Shown here in pieces: positions 63,981 to 64,000 of a stretch of DNA of 64,000 nt. The notes beneath the pieces were generated by a model. That model did no database searches and was not told where the DNA came from. It worked only from the letters and a program-made list of their open reading frames with translations. The stretch's first letter is position 1; each line of letters begins with the position of its first letter. The stretch spans positions 10,870-74,869 of IMG/VR virus record IMGVR_UViG_3300037419_001546; one strand, written 5' to 3'. A program made the translations under genes and the position numbers. This DNA is from a virus. Its lineage: Duplodnaviria; Caudoviricetes.

Positions 63981-64000
63981 CGGGTCACCTCCTGGAGGGG

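Larger units (their letters stand above)
35012..64000 (-). mobile_element. Prophage B (partial; continues right of the window)
   Basis: Integrase, lysis genes and a second tail/head/portal/terminase set whose proteins are clearly different from phage A's. Confidence 0.8.

Noticed and set aside
1-64000. Assembly duplication of a single phage
   Set aside because: The two capsid, portal, terminase, tail and tape-measure sets differ in length and sequence; a chimeric join still needs long-read exclusion

Overview
High-GC prophage DNA from a mycolate-walled actinobacterium. The LysB gene supports a Mycobacteriales host; Nocardia is my inference from the cargo genes. The window holds parts of two different siphovirus-type temperate phages in the same orientation, almost all on the minus strand. 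Phage A (1 to ~35,050) runs from the N-terminal part of a tape measure gene through tail, head and packaging genes, an HNH nuclease, an accessory islet, early replication/recombination genes, cro and an immunity repressor. Phage B (~35,010 to 64,000) runs from a tyrosine integrase through cargo genes, LysB, minor tails, holin/LysA, tape measure, tail, head, portal and terminase. They meet at a tRNA(Asn)-like att core inside the repressor ORF. This is the layout of integration-dependent immunity phages and fits a tandem double lysogen with a hybrid attP-like junction. The most notable locus is phage A's accessory islet: a Ro60/Rsr (TROVE-vWA) gene preceded by three tandem Y-RNA-like elements. 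Two are circularly permuted tRNA mimics (one clearly tRNA-Glu(CUC)-like) and one is short with no tRNA domain. A Tad2/DUF2829 protein and a papain-like protease lie just downstream, and a standalone ATP-dependent RNA-ligase-like gene lies in the upstream operon. All family names come from motif recognition by eye; no searches were run.
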